The position numbers and the translations under genes are program-made. Positions 44,228 to 53,357 of a stretch of DNA of 60,915 bases are shown in pieces. The DNA comes from an uncultured Gammaproteobacteria bacterium (GTDB lineage: Bacteria; Patescibacteriota; Patescibacteriia; UBA9934). Position 1 is the stretch's first letter; every line of letters begins with the position of its first letter. The DNA is taken from the NCBI GenBank assembly GCA_964401485.1, contig CAYNYL010000001.1:2103-63017 (forward strand), given 5' to 3'. The notes beneath the pieces were generated by a model. It saw only the letters and a program-made list of their open reading frames with translations, was not told the DNA's origin and did no database searches.

Positions 44228-45520
44228 ATGTACTCGGGACTCTACGACGAACTCCTCTCTTACGGAAACCTCGCAAGTTTTGGTTACCGCGATTCTAAAG
44301 CGGAACTTGAGAAATCGTTGAAGCGTACGCGTGCGTTTCTTGATGCGCTTGGCAGTCCCGATCGAGATCTTGTGCTCGTGCATGTAACAGGGACATCTGG
44401 AAAAGGTTCCGTTTGTTTTGCTATCCATCAAATTCTTCGCGCGTCCGGAAAATCCGTTTTTACCTATCTCTCCCCACACACGACGAGTTTCAGCGAGCGT
44501 TTTTTATTTAACGACGGACTTGTTTCGGAAGAAGTCATTACGGGGGCGATGAAAGATGTGATTGGGGTCTACAAAACATTTTTTAAATCGAATTCTCCGC
44601 TCTCGTTTTTCGAACTTGTTTCTTGCCTGGGACTCGTCATTGCAAAAAAAGCAGGCGCCACCCACGCCGTGATCGAGGTTGGTCTCGGAGGTCGCTACGA
44701 CGCAACGAACGTGATTCGCACACCGGAAGTTGTTGCCGTGATCACAAATATCGACAAGGACCACACCGACGTTCTTGGAAACTCGCTTAAAAAGATCGCC
44801 TTTGAAAAAGCGGGCATTATTAAAAAAGATGGCGTTGTGATTTGCGGAGAGGCGCGACCGGGGCTCAAGTCTATTTTTAAAAAGGAGGCGATCGAAAAGT
44901 CCGCAGCACTCTTTTTCATTCCTCCTTCGGCGCCGTCCCCTGAAATTAGCGAGTCTGCACGTCACCGCGCGCACAATGCCTCGCTCGCTCTTCGCGCCGT
45001 ACTCGAACTCGGAATCGACGAAACGGTTGCGCGAACAGCCCTACAAAGTGCGAGACGCCTCCCGTGCCGATTCGAAACGGTGAGCGAGTCCCCGCTTATT
45101 ATCCTTGACGGAGCGCACAGCCCAGCGAAAATGAAAACGACCGCCGAAACGATTAAATCGCTCGGGATGCCGGTCCATATTCTCTTCGCCGCCGCGCAAA
45201 ACAAAGACGTGAAAGACATGCTCGCGCCCCTCATCGAAGTGGCGGAAACAATTTCGACCACCCGCTTCTCGCTTCGTGAACGCCCTGTCCACCACCCTGT
45301 CGAACTCTTGAAACTCATCCCCGAACCACTTCGTGGAGACGCCTTCCTCTCCCCGCGCGACGCCCTCGCGACGATTCGTAAAAAACAAAAAGAAGCGAAG
45401 GGCCGATTCGCAATCGTCGTAACCGGATCCCTCTTCCTCGCCGGAGAACTCCGCGACCTGTGGTATCCTGAAGCCGAAATCCGTAAACAAGCGACAAGCT
45501 TTCCGAAAAAAACCCTATGA
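44228..45520 (+). CDS. folC: FolC-like folylpolyglutamate synthase (Mur ligase family)
   Basis: HVTGTSGKGS, SPH, EVGLGGRYDATNV, TNIDKDH, EKAGI, LDGAH, TGSLFLAGE. Confidence 0.9.
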   Translation: MYSGLYDELLSYGNLASFGYRDSKAELEKSLKRTRAFLDALGSPDRDLVLVHVTGTSGKGSVCFAIHQILRASGKSVFTYLSPHTTSFSERFLFNDGLVSEEVITGAMKDVIGVYKTFFKSNSPLSFFELVSCLGLVIAKKAGATHAVIEVGLGGRYDATNVIRTPEVVAVITNIDKDHTDVLGNSLKKIAFEKAGIIKKDGVVICGEARPGLKSIFKKEAIEKSAALFFIPPSAPSPEISESARHRAHNASLALRAVLELGIDETVARTALQSARRLPCRFETVSESPLIILDGAHSPAKMKTTAETIKSLGMPVHILFAAAQNKDVKDMLAPLIEVAETISTTRFSLRERPVHHPVELLKLIPEPLRGDAFLSPRDALATIRKKQKEAKGRFAIVVTGSLFLAGELRDLWYPEAEIRKQATSFPKKTL

Positions 45521-47835
45521 TTAAACTCCTAATCGTCGAGTCTCCAACCAAAGCGAGAACGATTAAAAAATTCCTTGGTGCCGGCTACAACGTCGTCTCC
45601 TCCTTTGGTCATATCCGCGATCTGCCAAAACGGGAGATGGGAATCGATTTCGAGAATGACTTCGAGCCAAAATACATCGTTCCAACCGACAAGAAGGACA
45701 AGGTAAAGGAATTAAAGGACGCCGCAAAACGCGCCGATGAAATCTACCTCGCAACCGACGAAGACCGCGAAGGAGAGGCGATCGCTTGGCATATTGCGAA
45801 TGTTCTTGATATTGACCCGGCGAAAGCAAAACGGATTACCTTTCACGAAATTACGAAATCCGCAATCGAGCACGCGCTTGAAAAACCGCGCCATATCGAA
45901 CAAGACCTCGTTGATGCGCAACAGGCTCGCCGAATTCTTGATCGTATCGTCGGATATGAACTCTCGCCATTTCTTTGGAAGAAGGTCCAACGCGGACTTT
46001 CGGCGGGGCGCGTTCAGTCCGTTGCCGTGCGCCTAATCGTTGAGCGAGAGCGGGAACGTCGCGCGTTTAAACAAGAAGAATACTGGAGCGTTGAAGGACT
46101 GTTTAAGCAAGCAGAGAGCGAAATTTTTGATGGGAAACTCGTGTCGGTCGACGGAAAGAAGCTCGACAAACTTGCGATTAAGACCGGCGAGGAAGCAAAC
46201 GCGATTATCGCGCGTGTAGACGGCAAGCCGTTCATCGTCGATAGCGTCGAGAAAAAGCATGCGAATAAACAACCGCCGACCCCGATTCGAACCTCAATCC
46301 TCCAACAAGAAGCGAACAACAAACTTGGAATGAGCGCGAAGCAAACGATGACGCTCGCGCAAAAGCTCTATGAAACAGGAAAGATTACGTACATGCGTAC
46401 GGATTCGATGAATTTGTCGGAGGCGTTCCTTTCTTCATCACAAGAGTACTTACAAAAAACGTTTGGCGAGAAGTACGCGGGCGGAAAGAAAGTCTACAAG
46501 ACGAGCGATAAGAGCGCGCAAGAGGCGCACGAAGCGATTCGTCCAACCGATATCAACGCGACCCCGGAATCGCTTAAAACCGTTCTCGAGTCCGGTCAGT
46601 GGCGTCTTTACGATTTGATTTGGCGCCGAACGCTCGCCTCGCAAATGCCACCAGCCTCAATCGAACGCACAACGATTGATTTCACGGCTGATAACGTAAC
46701 GTTCCGCGCGAATGGAAGCATGATCGTTTTTGACGGGTACATGAAAGTCTACCGCGGATCAAAGGAAACCATTCTTCCAAACCTCTCGAAAGGCGATTCG
46801 CTAAACGCCGAAAAAATCGAGGCAAAGCAACACTTTACGGAACCTCCCGCCCGCTACTCCGACGCGACACTTATTAAAGTCCTCGAAGAGCATGGAATCG
46901 GTCGACCGTCGACCTACGCGCCAACAATCGCGACGATTGAAAGTCGCGGCTACGTAACGCGGGACGACAATAAAAAGCTTGCCCCGAGCGATATCGCGGA
47001 AATCGTGAACGACCTTCTCGTTGAACACTTCGCCTCGATCGTCGACCTTGAGTTTACGGCGCATATGGAACAAAAACTCGACGACGTCGCGGATGGCAAA
47101 CTCGAGCCAACCCCAATGCTCCACGAATTCTACGATCCATTCCACAAAAATATTGCGGATAAAACGAAGGAAGTTTCGCGCGATGATATCATGCCCGCGA
47201 AAGAACTGGGCGTTGACCCAAAGACGGGTAAACAAGTACTATTCTTGACCGGTCGTTTTGGTCCCTACGTTCAACTCGGCGAATACACGCCTGAAGATAA
47301 AAAAGAAAAGAAACCAAAGCCACCGCGCGCCTCGCTTCCAAAAGACATGAAGCTCGACGACCTCACGTTTGAAAAAGCGCTCGCCCTTCTCGCCTTCCCG
47401 AAAAAAATCGGTGAGAAAAACGGTGAGGATATCGTGATCATGAACGGTCCATACGGTCCGTACGTGAAAAATGGAAAGACAAACGTCTCGCTTCCGGAAG
47501 GAACGAACCTGCTCGCGATTACCGACGAAGAGGCTCTCGCCGTCTTCGAAGGTGGTGCCGCGCTTAAATCAGCTTCCGCAACCCCGCTCGCCGAACTCGG
47601 TACCGATCCTGAATCGGGTGGAACGATCCAAGTCAAAACCGGTCGCTACGGCCCCTACGTTACGGACGGAAAAACCAATGTCTCGATTCCAAAATCCGAA
47701 GACCCGGCAACCCTCACCTCCGAACGCGCGATCGAACTCCTCGCGAAGAAACGCGCAAATCCTTCTACTGGCTGGAAAAAAGGAAAAGGCGGCTTCAAGG
47801 GCAAGAAAAAACCCTCGGAAACCTCCGAAGAATAG
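45517..47835 (+). CDS. topA: DNA topoisomerase I
   Basis: LIVESPTKA, ATDEDREGEAIAWH, SAGRVQS, ITYMRTDS, GIGRPSTY; three G(R/P)(F/Y)GPYV C-terminal repeats. Confidence 0.98.
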   Translation: MIKLLIVESPTKARTIKKFLGAGYNVVSSFGHIRDLPKREMGIDFENDFEPKYIVPTDKKDKVKELKDAAKRADEIYLATDEDREGEAIAWHIANVLDIDPAKAKRITFHEITKSAIEHALEKPRHIEQDLVDAQQARRILDRIVGYELSPFLWKKVQRGLSAGRVQSVAVRLIVERERERRAFKQEEYWSVEGLFKQAESEIFDGKLVSVDGKKLDKLAIKTGEEANAIIARVDGKPFIVDSVEKKHANKQPPTPIRTSILQQEANNKLGMSAKQTMTLAQKLYETGKITYMRTDSMNLSEAFLSSSQEYLQKTFGEKYAGGKKVYKTSDKSAQEAHEAIRPTDINATPESLKTVLESGQWRLYDLIWRRTLASQMPPASIERTTIDFTADNVTFRANGSMIVFDGYMKVYRGSKETILPNLSKGDSLNAEKIEAKQHFTEPPARYSDATLIKVLEEHGIGRPSTYAPTIATIESRGYVTRDDNKKLAPSDIAEIVNDLLVEHFASIVDLEFTAHMEQKLDDVADGKLEPTPMLHEFYDPFHKNIADKTKEVSRDDIMPAKELGVDPKTGKQVLFLTGRFGPYVQLGEYTPEDKKEKKPKPPRASLPKDMKLDDLTFEKALALLAFPKKIGEKNGEDIVIMNGPYGPYVKNGKTNVSLPEGTNLLAITDEEALAVFEGGAALKSASATPLAELGTDPESGGTIQVKTGRYGPYVTDGKTNVSIPKSEDPATLTSERAIELLAKKRANPSTGWKKGKGGFKGKKKPSETSEE

Positions 47836-47837
47836 CT

Positions 47838-47869
47838 AAAAAAGATCTACCCTCGGGTAGGTCTTTTTT
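47838..47869. terminator. Bidirectional terminator after topA
   Basis: AAAAAAGATCTACC-CTCG-GGTAGGTCTTTTTT. Confidence 0.8.
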
Positions 47870-47998
47870 CCATTATATCCATGCGATCACGGTGGACGAA
47901 AAAAACGTGTAAATTTCTCAACAATTTCACTAGCATTTTTCAGCTCCGGTGATCGGATCCCAATTTTCACTCCCAAGAAGTCCCCCTCCCTAGATTAT

Positions 47999-48027
47999 CT
48001 TAGAGCTCACAAATTGTGACCTCTAAG
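47999..48027. other. 29-bp near-perfect palindrome, function unknown
   Basis: CTTAGAGCTCACAAATTGTGACCTCTAAG. Confidence 0.6.
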
Positions 48028-48059
48028 TTTTATACATGCGCCCCGCCAAAAAACATAAA

Positions 48060-48089
48060 GTCCGCCGTCCCACGAGGGAGACGACGGAC
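48060..48089 (-). terminator. Terminator of the 48114-48698 gene
   Basis: Minus strand GTCCGTCGTCTC-CCTCGT-GGGACGGCGGAC then TTTATGTTTTTT. Confidence 0.75.
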
Positions 48090-48113
48090 AATGAGAACCC
48101 TCCGGTGAACCGA

Positions 48114-48698
48114 TCACACCTCGACGAGGCGGCTGAGAATCCTGTGTCGATCACGCGCGTTCGGCTTGTAGTCGACCACGATCACCGGACCGAGAACGTT
48201 GCGAGTGATCACCGGATAGGAATCGAAGCCCTCGCACGGCACGTAGCACCGAAAATCAGGCGCCCACCAGTACGACTGCTCTGCGCCGATGCTACGCACG
48301 CGGTCCGGGTGCTCGAGCGCGAAGAAGATCGGAAGAAGGCCAAGACCGGGAAGGTCACTGTCCTTCATCGGATCCTCGCGCTTGAACGCGACCTGCCGAA
48401 CACGGAGCGTTGGCCGATCGACCCACGTTCCGTCTCCAATCCGGTAGTAGTTCGGACCGCCCCTGATCGTCGACCGAAGATCCCGGGTGAACGCTTCCCC
48501 GAACTCCATGTCGAGCCAGCGGAAGAGAAATTCGAGGGTCGCTTCGGGCGTAGAGAGCAGAATCTCGAACACTGGTATCGACCCCTTCCTGTTCCTATCC
48601 TTGAGAAGCCCCTCGTAAGCAGGATCCCACTCGAGCCCGGCGTTTGACACCATGAGCCGCATCAGGGCGCGAAGCTGTTTCGGTTCGCGGTAAAGCAT
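48114..48698 (-). CDS. GC-rich hypothetical protein with own promoter and terminator
   Basis: Start MLYREP with GGAGG SD; promoter TGGACA-17-TATTAT at 48749-48777. Confidence 0.65.
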   Translation of the reverse strand: MLYREPKQLRALMRLMVSNAGLEWDPAYEGLLKDRNRKGSIPVFEILLSTPEATLEFLFRWLDMEFGEAFTRDLRSTIRGGPNYYRIGDGTWVDRPTLRVRQVAFKREDPMKDSDLPGLGLLPIFFALEHPDRVRSIGAEQSYWWAPDFRCYVPCEGFDSYPVITRNVLGPVIVVDYKPNARDRHRILSRLVEV

Positions 48699-48828
48699 GA
48701 CTACCTCCGATCTGTACGAAGCGGGACGCTCCGTAAAACAGACCGAAAATAATACCAAAATACCGCCGTTTTGTCCATACCTAGCCCTAAATCTCGCAAA
48801 AATACAGAAAACAGGCTAAGCTAAAATC

Positions 48829-50319
48829 ATGTTAACGACAAAGGTCACAACGGACTTTGCCCTCCTTGAGGCAAAGCTCAATCCAGAACGGTATAGCCGA
48901 GAGGATATCGAGCTCGTCTCCCGCGCCTTTGAATTCTCAAAACTCTACCACGAAGGCCAAAAACGCAAGACCGGCGAACCCTACTTTACGCACTGTTTCG
49001 CCACCGCCCTCAAACTTGCCGACCTCCGCCTCCCCGCCCAAGTCATCGCCGCCGGCATTCTCCATGACACCGTTGAAGATACCGAAGCGACAAGCGACGA
49101 TATCAAGCGCGATTTCGGTGAGGACGTCGCGTCGATGGTTGAAGCGGTCACAAAACTTGGAAACATTAAGTACCGGGGACTTGAGCGTTACGTCGAGAAC
49201 CTACGAAAAATGTTTATTGCGATGGCGGAAGATGTCCGGGTCATTTTCATTAAGTTTGCCGACCGGATGCACAACATGGAAACGCTCTACGTCATCCCGG
49301 AAGAAAAGCGTCGACGCATCGCGACTGAGGTACTCGAAATTTACGCGCCAATCGCAAACCGTCTCGGAATGGGAGAATACCGCGGACTGTTCGAAGACTA
49401 TGCGTTTAAGTATCTCCAACCGAAAGAATATAACTGGACGAAACATCTTCTCGAGCAACGCGTAAAAAAGTTCGGGCCGTCTATGAACAAGGCGATGCAA
49501 GATGTCGAGTCAGAGCTCAAGCGTCATGAAATCAAACCAAAGAACATCCACGGTCGTATTAAGTTTTGCTACAGCCTCTACAAAAAGCTGAAGAAGTACG
49601 ACAACGATATTAACAAGGTCTACGACATCGTTGCCCTTCGAATTATCGTCGAGGACGTAACGGAGTGCTACGCGACGCTTGGAATCCTCCACAGCCTCTA
49701 CAAGCCTCTTGCCGGCCGTATTAAGGACTACATCGCCCAACCAAAACCAAACGGCTACCAATCCCTCCACACGACCGTTTTTTCGGAAGACGGCGCGATC
49801 CTCGAATTCCAAATCCGCACCGAGGAAATGCACGACGAGGCGGAATACGGAATTGCCGCCCACTGGCGCTACAAGGAAAATGCCCCCGAATCAAAGCAAG
49901 CAAAGAAAGTAAAATGGATGGCCGACCTCGCGCATATCCAAAAAGAACTCCACCAAGAGAATTTCATGGAGCGCCTCGACGAACTCAAGCTCGACATGTT
50001 CCAGGGCCGAATCTTCGTGTTCTCGCCAAACGGCGACGTGTTTGATCTTCCTGAAGGCTCAACGCCGGTCGACTTTGCCTACGCGGTCCACACCGATATC
50101 GGAAACAAAACGTCGGGCGCAAAAATCAACAACCAAATCGCCTCTCTTGAAGCCGAACTTCGCTCCGGCGACATGTGCGAAATCATCATCGACAAAAATC
50201 GAAAATTTCCGAATGAAAGTTGGCTCACTTTTGTGAAAACCGCCCACGCCCGCGTCAAAATCAAGGACGCCCTAAAGAAAAACAAACGCGGAGTCCTCCG
50301 CTCACTCCTTAGCCGTTAG
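48829..50319 (+). CDS. rel: RelA/SpoT homologue (HD, synthetase, TGS; short C-terminus)
   Basis: GEPYFTH, LHDTVED, KFADRMHNM, GRIK, KPNGYQSLHT, EFQIRT, AAHWRYK, TPVDFAY.VHT. Confidence 0.95.
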   Translation: MLTTKVTTDFALLEAKLNPERYSREDIELVSRAFEFSKLYHEGQKRKTGEPYFTHCFATALKLADLRLPAQVIAAGILHDTVEDTEATSDDIKRDFGEDVASMVEAVTKLGNIKYRGLERYVENLRKMFIAMAEDVRVIFIKFADRMHNMETLYVIPEEKRRRIATEVLEIYAPIANRLGMGEYRGLFEDYAFKYLQPKEYNWTKHLLEQRVKKFGPSMNKAMQDVESELKRHEIKPKNIHGRIKFCYSLYKKLKKYDNDINKVYDIVALRIIVEDVTECYATLGILHSLYKPLAGRIKDYIAQPKPNGYQSLHTTVFSEDGAILEFQIRTEEMHDEAEYGIAAHWRYKENAPESKQAKKVKWMADLAHIQKELHQENFMERLDELKLDMFQGRIFVFSPNGDVFDLPEGSTPVDFAYAVHTDIGNKTSGAKINNQIASLEAELRSGDMCEIIIDKNRKFPNESWLTFVKTAHARVKIKDALKKNKRGVLRSLLSR

Positions 50320-51182
50320 CTCTTAAGAAGCCGTTCAAGCAAGTATTTGAGGTCCTGCTTCGAGTAAAAATGAAGCGTAACAGTTCCGCTCGTCTCTTTC
50401 ATTTTAATCACCGCCTTTGTCCCAAAATGATCGCGAAGTTCCGCCTCCATCGAGAGGATCGTTGGGTGACGGTCGGCCGGTGGCTTTGGAATAAAATGCC
50501 CCGCACGCGATTTTACTTCGTTAATACTAAGTCCATCATTTAAAATTTCATGAAAAAGCGCGACACGGCGTTCTGGATTTTTTTCATTAACAAGCGCGCG
50601 AGCATGTGACCGCTTTAGCCGCCCCTCCATTACCGCCTCCTGAATTTCAGGCTCAAGCGACAAAAGCCCAAGGGTCGCGCGAACATGATCCCGACTCTTC
50701 CCCATCTTCTCCGCAATCTGATCGAGTTCAAATCCAAAGAGATCCGCGAGCGATTGGTAGGCCTGCGCCTCTTCAATCGCGTTTAGATCGTGGCGCTGGA
50801 TATTTTCGATAAGCGCAAGGACAAGCTTTTGCGGTTGCGTCGCCTCGCGCACAACAACCGGAACGGAGGCAAGCCCCGCTTCAAGCGACGAACGAAGTCG
50901 GCGCTCTCCCGCGATCAACTCATAACGCCCGCCCCCAAGGTCCGTCACAACAAGCGGTTGAAGCACCCCGTGCTCCTTAACGCTCGCAACCATCTCGGCG
51001 AGCTCGCTTGGCGCAAAATGCTTTCGTGGCTGGTGTGGGTTTGGAACAATCGCCGACGGCGGTACCTCTAAAATACGAAGCCCCTTCGCCTCTTCCGCCT
51101 CAACCGTATTTGGCATTGGCGCAATTTTTTGCGGGATAAGCGCCCCGAGCCCACGCCCGAGCCCTCCTAGTGGTTTATTCAT
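50316..51182 (-). CDS. parB: ParB/Spo0J partition protein
   Basis: GLGRGLGALI, NPHQPRK, GVLQPLVV, IAGERRLR, ENIQRHDLNAIEEA. Confidence 0.96.
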   Translation of the reverse strand: MNKPLGGLGRGLGALIPQKIAPMPNTVEAEEAKGLRILEVPPSAIVPNPHQPRKHFAPSELAEMVASVKEHGVLQPLVVTDLGGGRYELIAGERRLRSSLEAGLASVPVVVREATQPQKLVLALIENIQRHDLNAIEEAQAYQSLADLFGFELDQIAEKMGKSRDHVRATLGLLSLEPEIQEAVMEGRLKRSHARALVNEKNPERRVALFHEILNDGLSINEVKSRAGHFIPKPPADRHPTILSMEAELRDHFGTKAVIKMKETSGTVTLHFYSKQDLKYLLERLLKS

Positions 51183-51943
51183 AGTATTTCTTTGGTGATA
51201 AATTCTTGTGCAAGCCGTTCGTAGGCCTTTGATCCTTTTGAATCTGGATCATAGTGCAAAATGCTCTTTCCAAAACTCGGCGCCTCGGCTAAACGAATAC
51301 TGCGTGGAATAACCGAACGGAAAATCTTCTCCGGGAAATGACGGTAGAGCTCTTCAAGCACCTGCTTTGAGAGTTTCGTGCGTGGATCAAACATCGTAAT
51401 AACCGCCCCCATGACTTGGAGCTCCGGCTTAATCGACTGCTTGATTAAATCGACCGTTTTCATCAACTGACCAAGTCCCTCAAGAGCAAAATATTCCGCT
51501 TGGACCGGAATTAACACACTGTCCGCCGCAACAAGTCCGTTGATCGTAAGAAGTCCAAGGGACGGCGGGTTATCGATCAAAATATAATCATAGTCATTGC
51601 GCACTTCAAGAAGCGCCTGGTGGAGTTTCCGCTCACGGTTAAGTTCGCTTACGAGCTCGATCGACGCTCCCGCGAGGTTTTCGTTCGCGGCGAGAAGATG
51701 GAGTCCGTCGTGGCTCGTTTTGACCATGACCTCCTTCGCACGCCGAAGTCCCGTCATCGCCTCATACGTTCCATGGAGCTCGCGCGGATCAACACCAAGA
51801 CCCGACGAAGCGTTGCCTTGTGGATCAAGATCAACAAGAAGCACGTACTTTCCAAGCTCTGCAAGATGCGCCGCAAGGTTAACGCTCGTTGTCGTCTTTC
51901 CAACGCCCCCTTTCTGATTCACAATCGAAACAATATGACCCAT
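51179..51943 (-). CDS. parA: ParA/Soj ATPase
   Basis: NQKGGVGKTT, DLDPQGN, IDNPPSLG, EAPSFG. Confidence 0.97.
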   Translation of the reverse strand: MGHIVSIVNQKGGVGKTTTSVNLAAHLAELGKYVLLVDLDPQGNASSGLGVDPRELHGTYEAMTGLRRAKEVMVKTSHDGLHLLAANENLAGASIELVSELNRERKLHQALLEVRNDYDYILIDNPPSLGLLTINGLVAADSVLIPVQAEYFALEGLGQLMKTVDLIKQSIKPELQVMGAVITMFDPRTKLSKQVLEELYRHFPEKIFRSVIPRSIRLAEAPSFGKSILHYDPDSKGSKAYERLAQEFITKEIL

Positions 51944-52013
51944 AGTTCTTCGCCATTATACCCTGCCCTTCCCTAAAAACAAAACAACGCCCGCAGGCGT
52001 CGTTTTGTACAAA

Positions 52014-52790
52014 CTACTTCGCAAGTGTTCGATAGGTAAGAACATTAAACACCGCCATTACACCAATGTATACGAAGAATCCAACGAGCCCCACTATACC
52101 CGCAATACTGATACCGAGCATACTAAGCCCCGCACCAATAACCGAAAGCGCCATAGCGTCGCTCCCAAGTGCAGAAGCTGTGCTTCCAAGAAGAAGTCCG
52201 ATTCCAAAAACGACGTAAACCGGGTAAAGGATCACATATGTTCCAACATTTGCGAGTTGACCCATAAACCCCTGGAGGCCGAACAAATCCCAACGATATC
52301 CAAGCGTCGCCTTTGAACTAGCATGCAACGCTTCGATCGGTCCCATTCCGCGATCAAGAACATAGTACGGAGCAAGCATAAATCGTGCCATCCACATAAA
52401 TCCCGGCACAACAAGCAGGAGGAGCCCACCAATCACGATAACTCCGTAAAGAAAATTCACAGCGAGAAACGAGAGTGCCGTTTCACGATGAGCGAAAATT
52501 GCACCGACCGGGAGTGGTTGGTCATCAGCAACCGCAAGAAAAATATGCCCCCAAGCATTTGCAATGATTGCGACCGGAATAAGACAGAGTAGCAATCCAA
52601 GGAAAATGATCACACCTCCAGTGATATCTCCAATGACGGCGCCTATCAATAGAACAAAGAGCGGTGGGATACTAACAAGAATCGATGACAAGAGTCCGAG
52701 CCCAACAAGCGCTAACATGCGCTTTTTAAAAAGCATCCACGAAGAGCTCATAAGTGCGCTTACGTGAAATTTTGGTTGCGACTGCAACAT
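52014..52790 (-). CDS. Integral membrane protein (DUF975-like)
   Basis: LLVVPGFMWMARFMLAPYYVLDRGMGPIEALHAS pattern; multiple TM helices. Confidence 0.7.
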   Translation of the reverse strand: MLQSQPKFHVSALMSSSWMLFKKRMLALVGLGLLSSILVSIPPLFVLLIGAVIGDITGGVIIFLGLLLCLIPVAIIANAWGHIFLAVADDQPLPVGAIFAHRETALSFLAVNFLYGVIVIGGLLLLVVPGFMWMARFMLAPYYVLDRGMGPIEALHASSKATLGYRWDLFGLQGFMGQLANVGTYVILYPVYVVFGIGLLLGSTASALGSDAMALSVIGAGLSMLGISIAGIVGLVGFFVYIGVMAVFNVLTYRTLAK

Positions 52791-52866
52791 ACACAGAAGG
52801 GTAAAGAATTATTAGCCAAAGTATACCAAAATTTGACCAAAAGCCAAAAATCCCGTATAGTCCGCC

Positions 52867-52943
52867 TGCGGGGTAGAGCAGCCCGGTAGCTCGTCTGGCT
52901 CATAACCAGAAGGTCATTGGTTCAAATCCAATCCCCGCAACCA
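52867..52943 (+). tRNA. tRNA-Met(CAT), initiator type
   Basis: Cloverleaf, CAT anticodon, A11:U24, T-loop TTCAAAT, encoded CCA; promoter TTGACC-17-TATAGT upstream. Confidence 0.95.
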
Positions 52944-52948
52944 AAAAT

Positions 52949-52976
52949 CCGTCTATGGAACTATAGGCGGTTTTTT
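52949..52976 (+). terminator. Terminator after tRNA-Met
   Basis: CCGTCTAT-GGAACT-ATAGGCGG-TTTTTT. Confidence 0.8.
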
Positions 52977-53033
52977 GTTTGGTTTGCGGTTTTAATATAT
53001 GGCTTGTTTTAGCCATTTTTATAGCATTTTCCA

Positions 53034-53062
53034 TTGACAAAAGCCGTTTTTTATGCTATAGT
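53034..53062 (+). promoter_or_regulatory. sigma70 promoter
   Basis: TTGACA-AAAGCCGTTTTTTATGC-TATAGT. Confidence 0.8.
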
Positions 53063-53109
53063 AATTCTCCGTTCTTTGGGGCTCATCCCAAGACGGACCG
53101 GAGGACATT

Positions 53110-53223
53110 ATGTCCAAGTACGCCCCGACCTCCGCCGGCCTTTCGACCAACACCAACTTCGGGGCGATCCTCGTGATCGCCCTGTACCTCGACGGGTTCC
53201 TGACCGGCACCTTGCCGTTCTGA
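53110..53223 (+). CDS. 37-aa hydrophobic peptide (not in ORF track)
   Basis: MSKYAPTSAGLSTNTNFGAILVIALYLDGFLTGTLPF*; GGAGG SD; nearly all codons end in G/C. Confidence 0.7.
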   Translation: MSKYAPTSAGLSTNTNFGAILVIALYLDGFLTGTLPF

Positions 53224-53267
53224 ACCGTCGCCTCGTCGGCAGTCCCTGAAAAGACATGCCGGCGAGC

Positions 53268-53306
53268 CCCTCAATGCGCATGAACCAAGTTCGTGCTTAT
53301 CGAGGG
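53268..53306. repeat. Structured repeat, copy 1
   Basis: CTCAATGCGCATGA-ACCAAGT-TCGTGCTTATCGAG. Confidence 0.85.
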
Positions 53307-53357
53307 ACCTTTCCCAAATCAACCCCAGCGCCGCTTTGCGCGGCAACGGAGGCCACC

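Noticed and set aside
52755-52772. parS-like site (TTACGTGAAA) near parAB
   Set aside because: Only part of one half matches TGTTTCACGTGAAACA, and it lies in coding sequence.
53256-53357. Upstream extensions of ORFs 53256, 54376, 55208 and 56138
   Set aside because: They run through hairpins and promoters; downstream ATGs have SD-like sites and give proper signal peptides.
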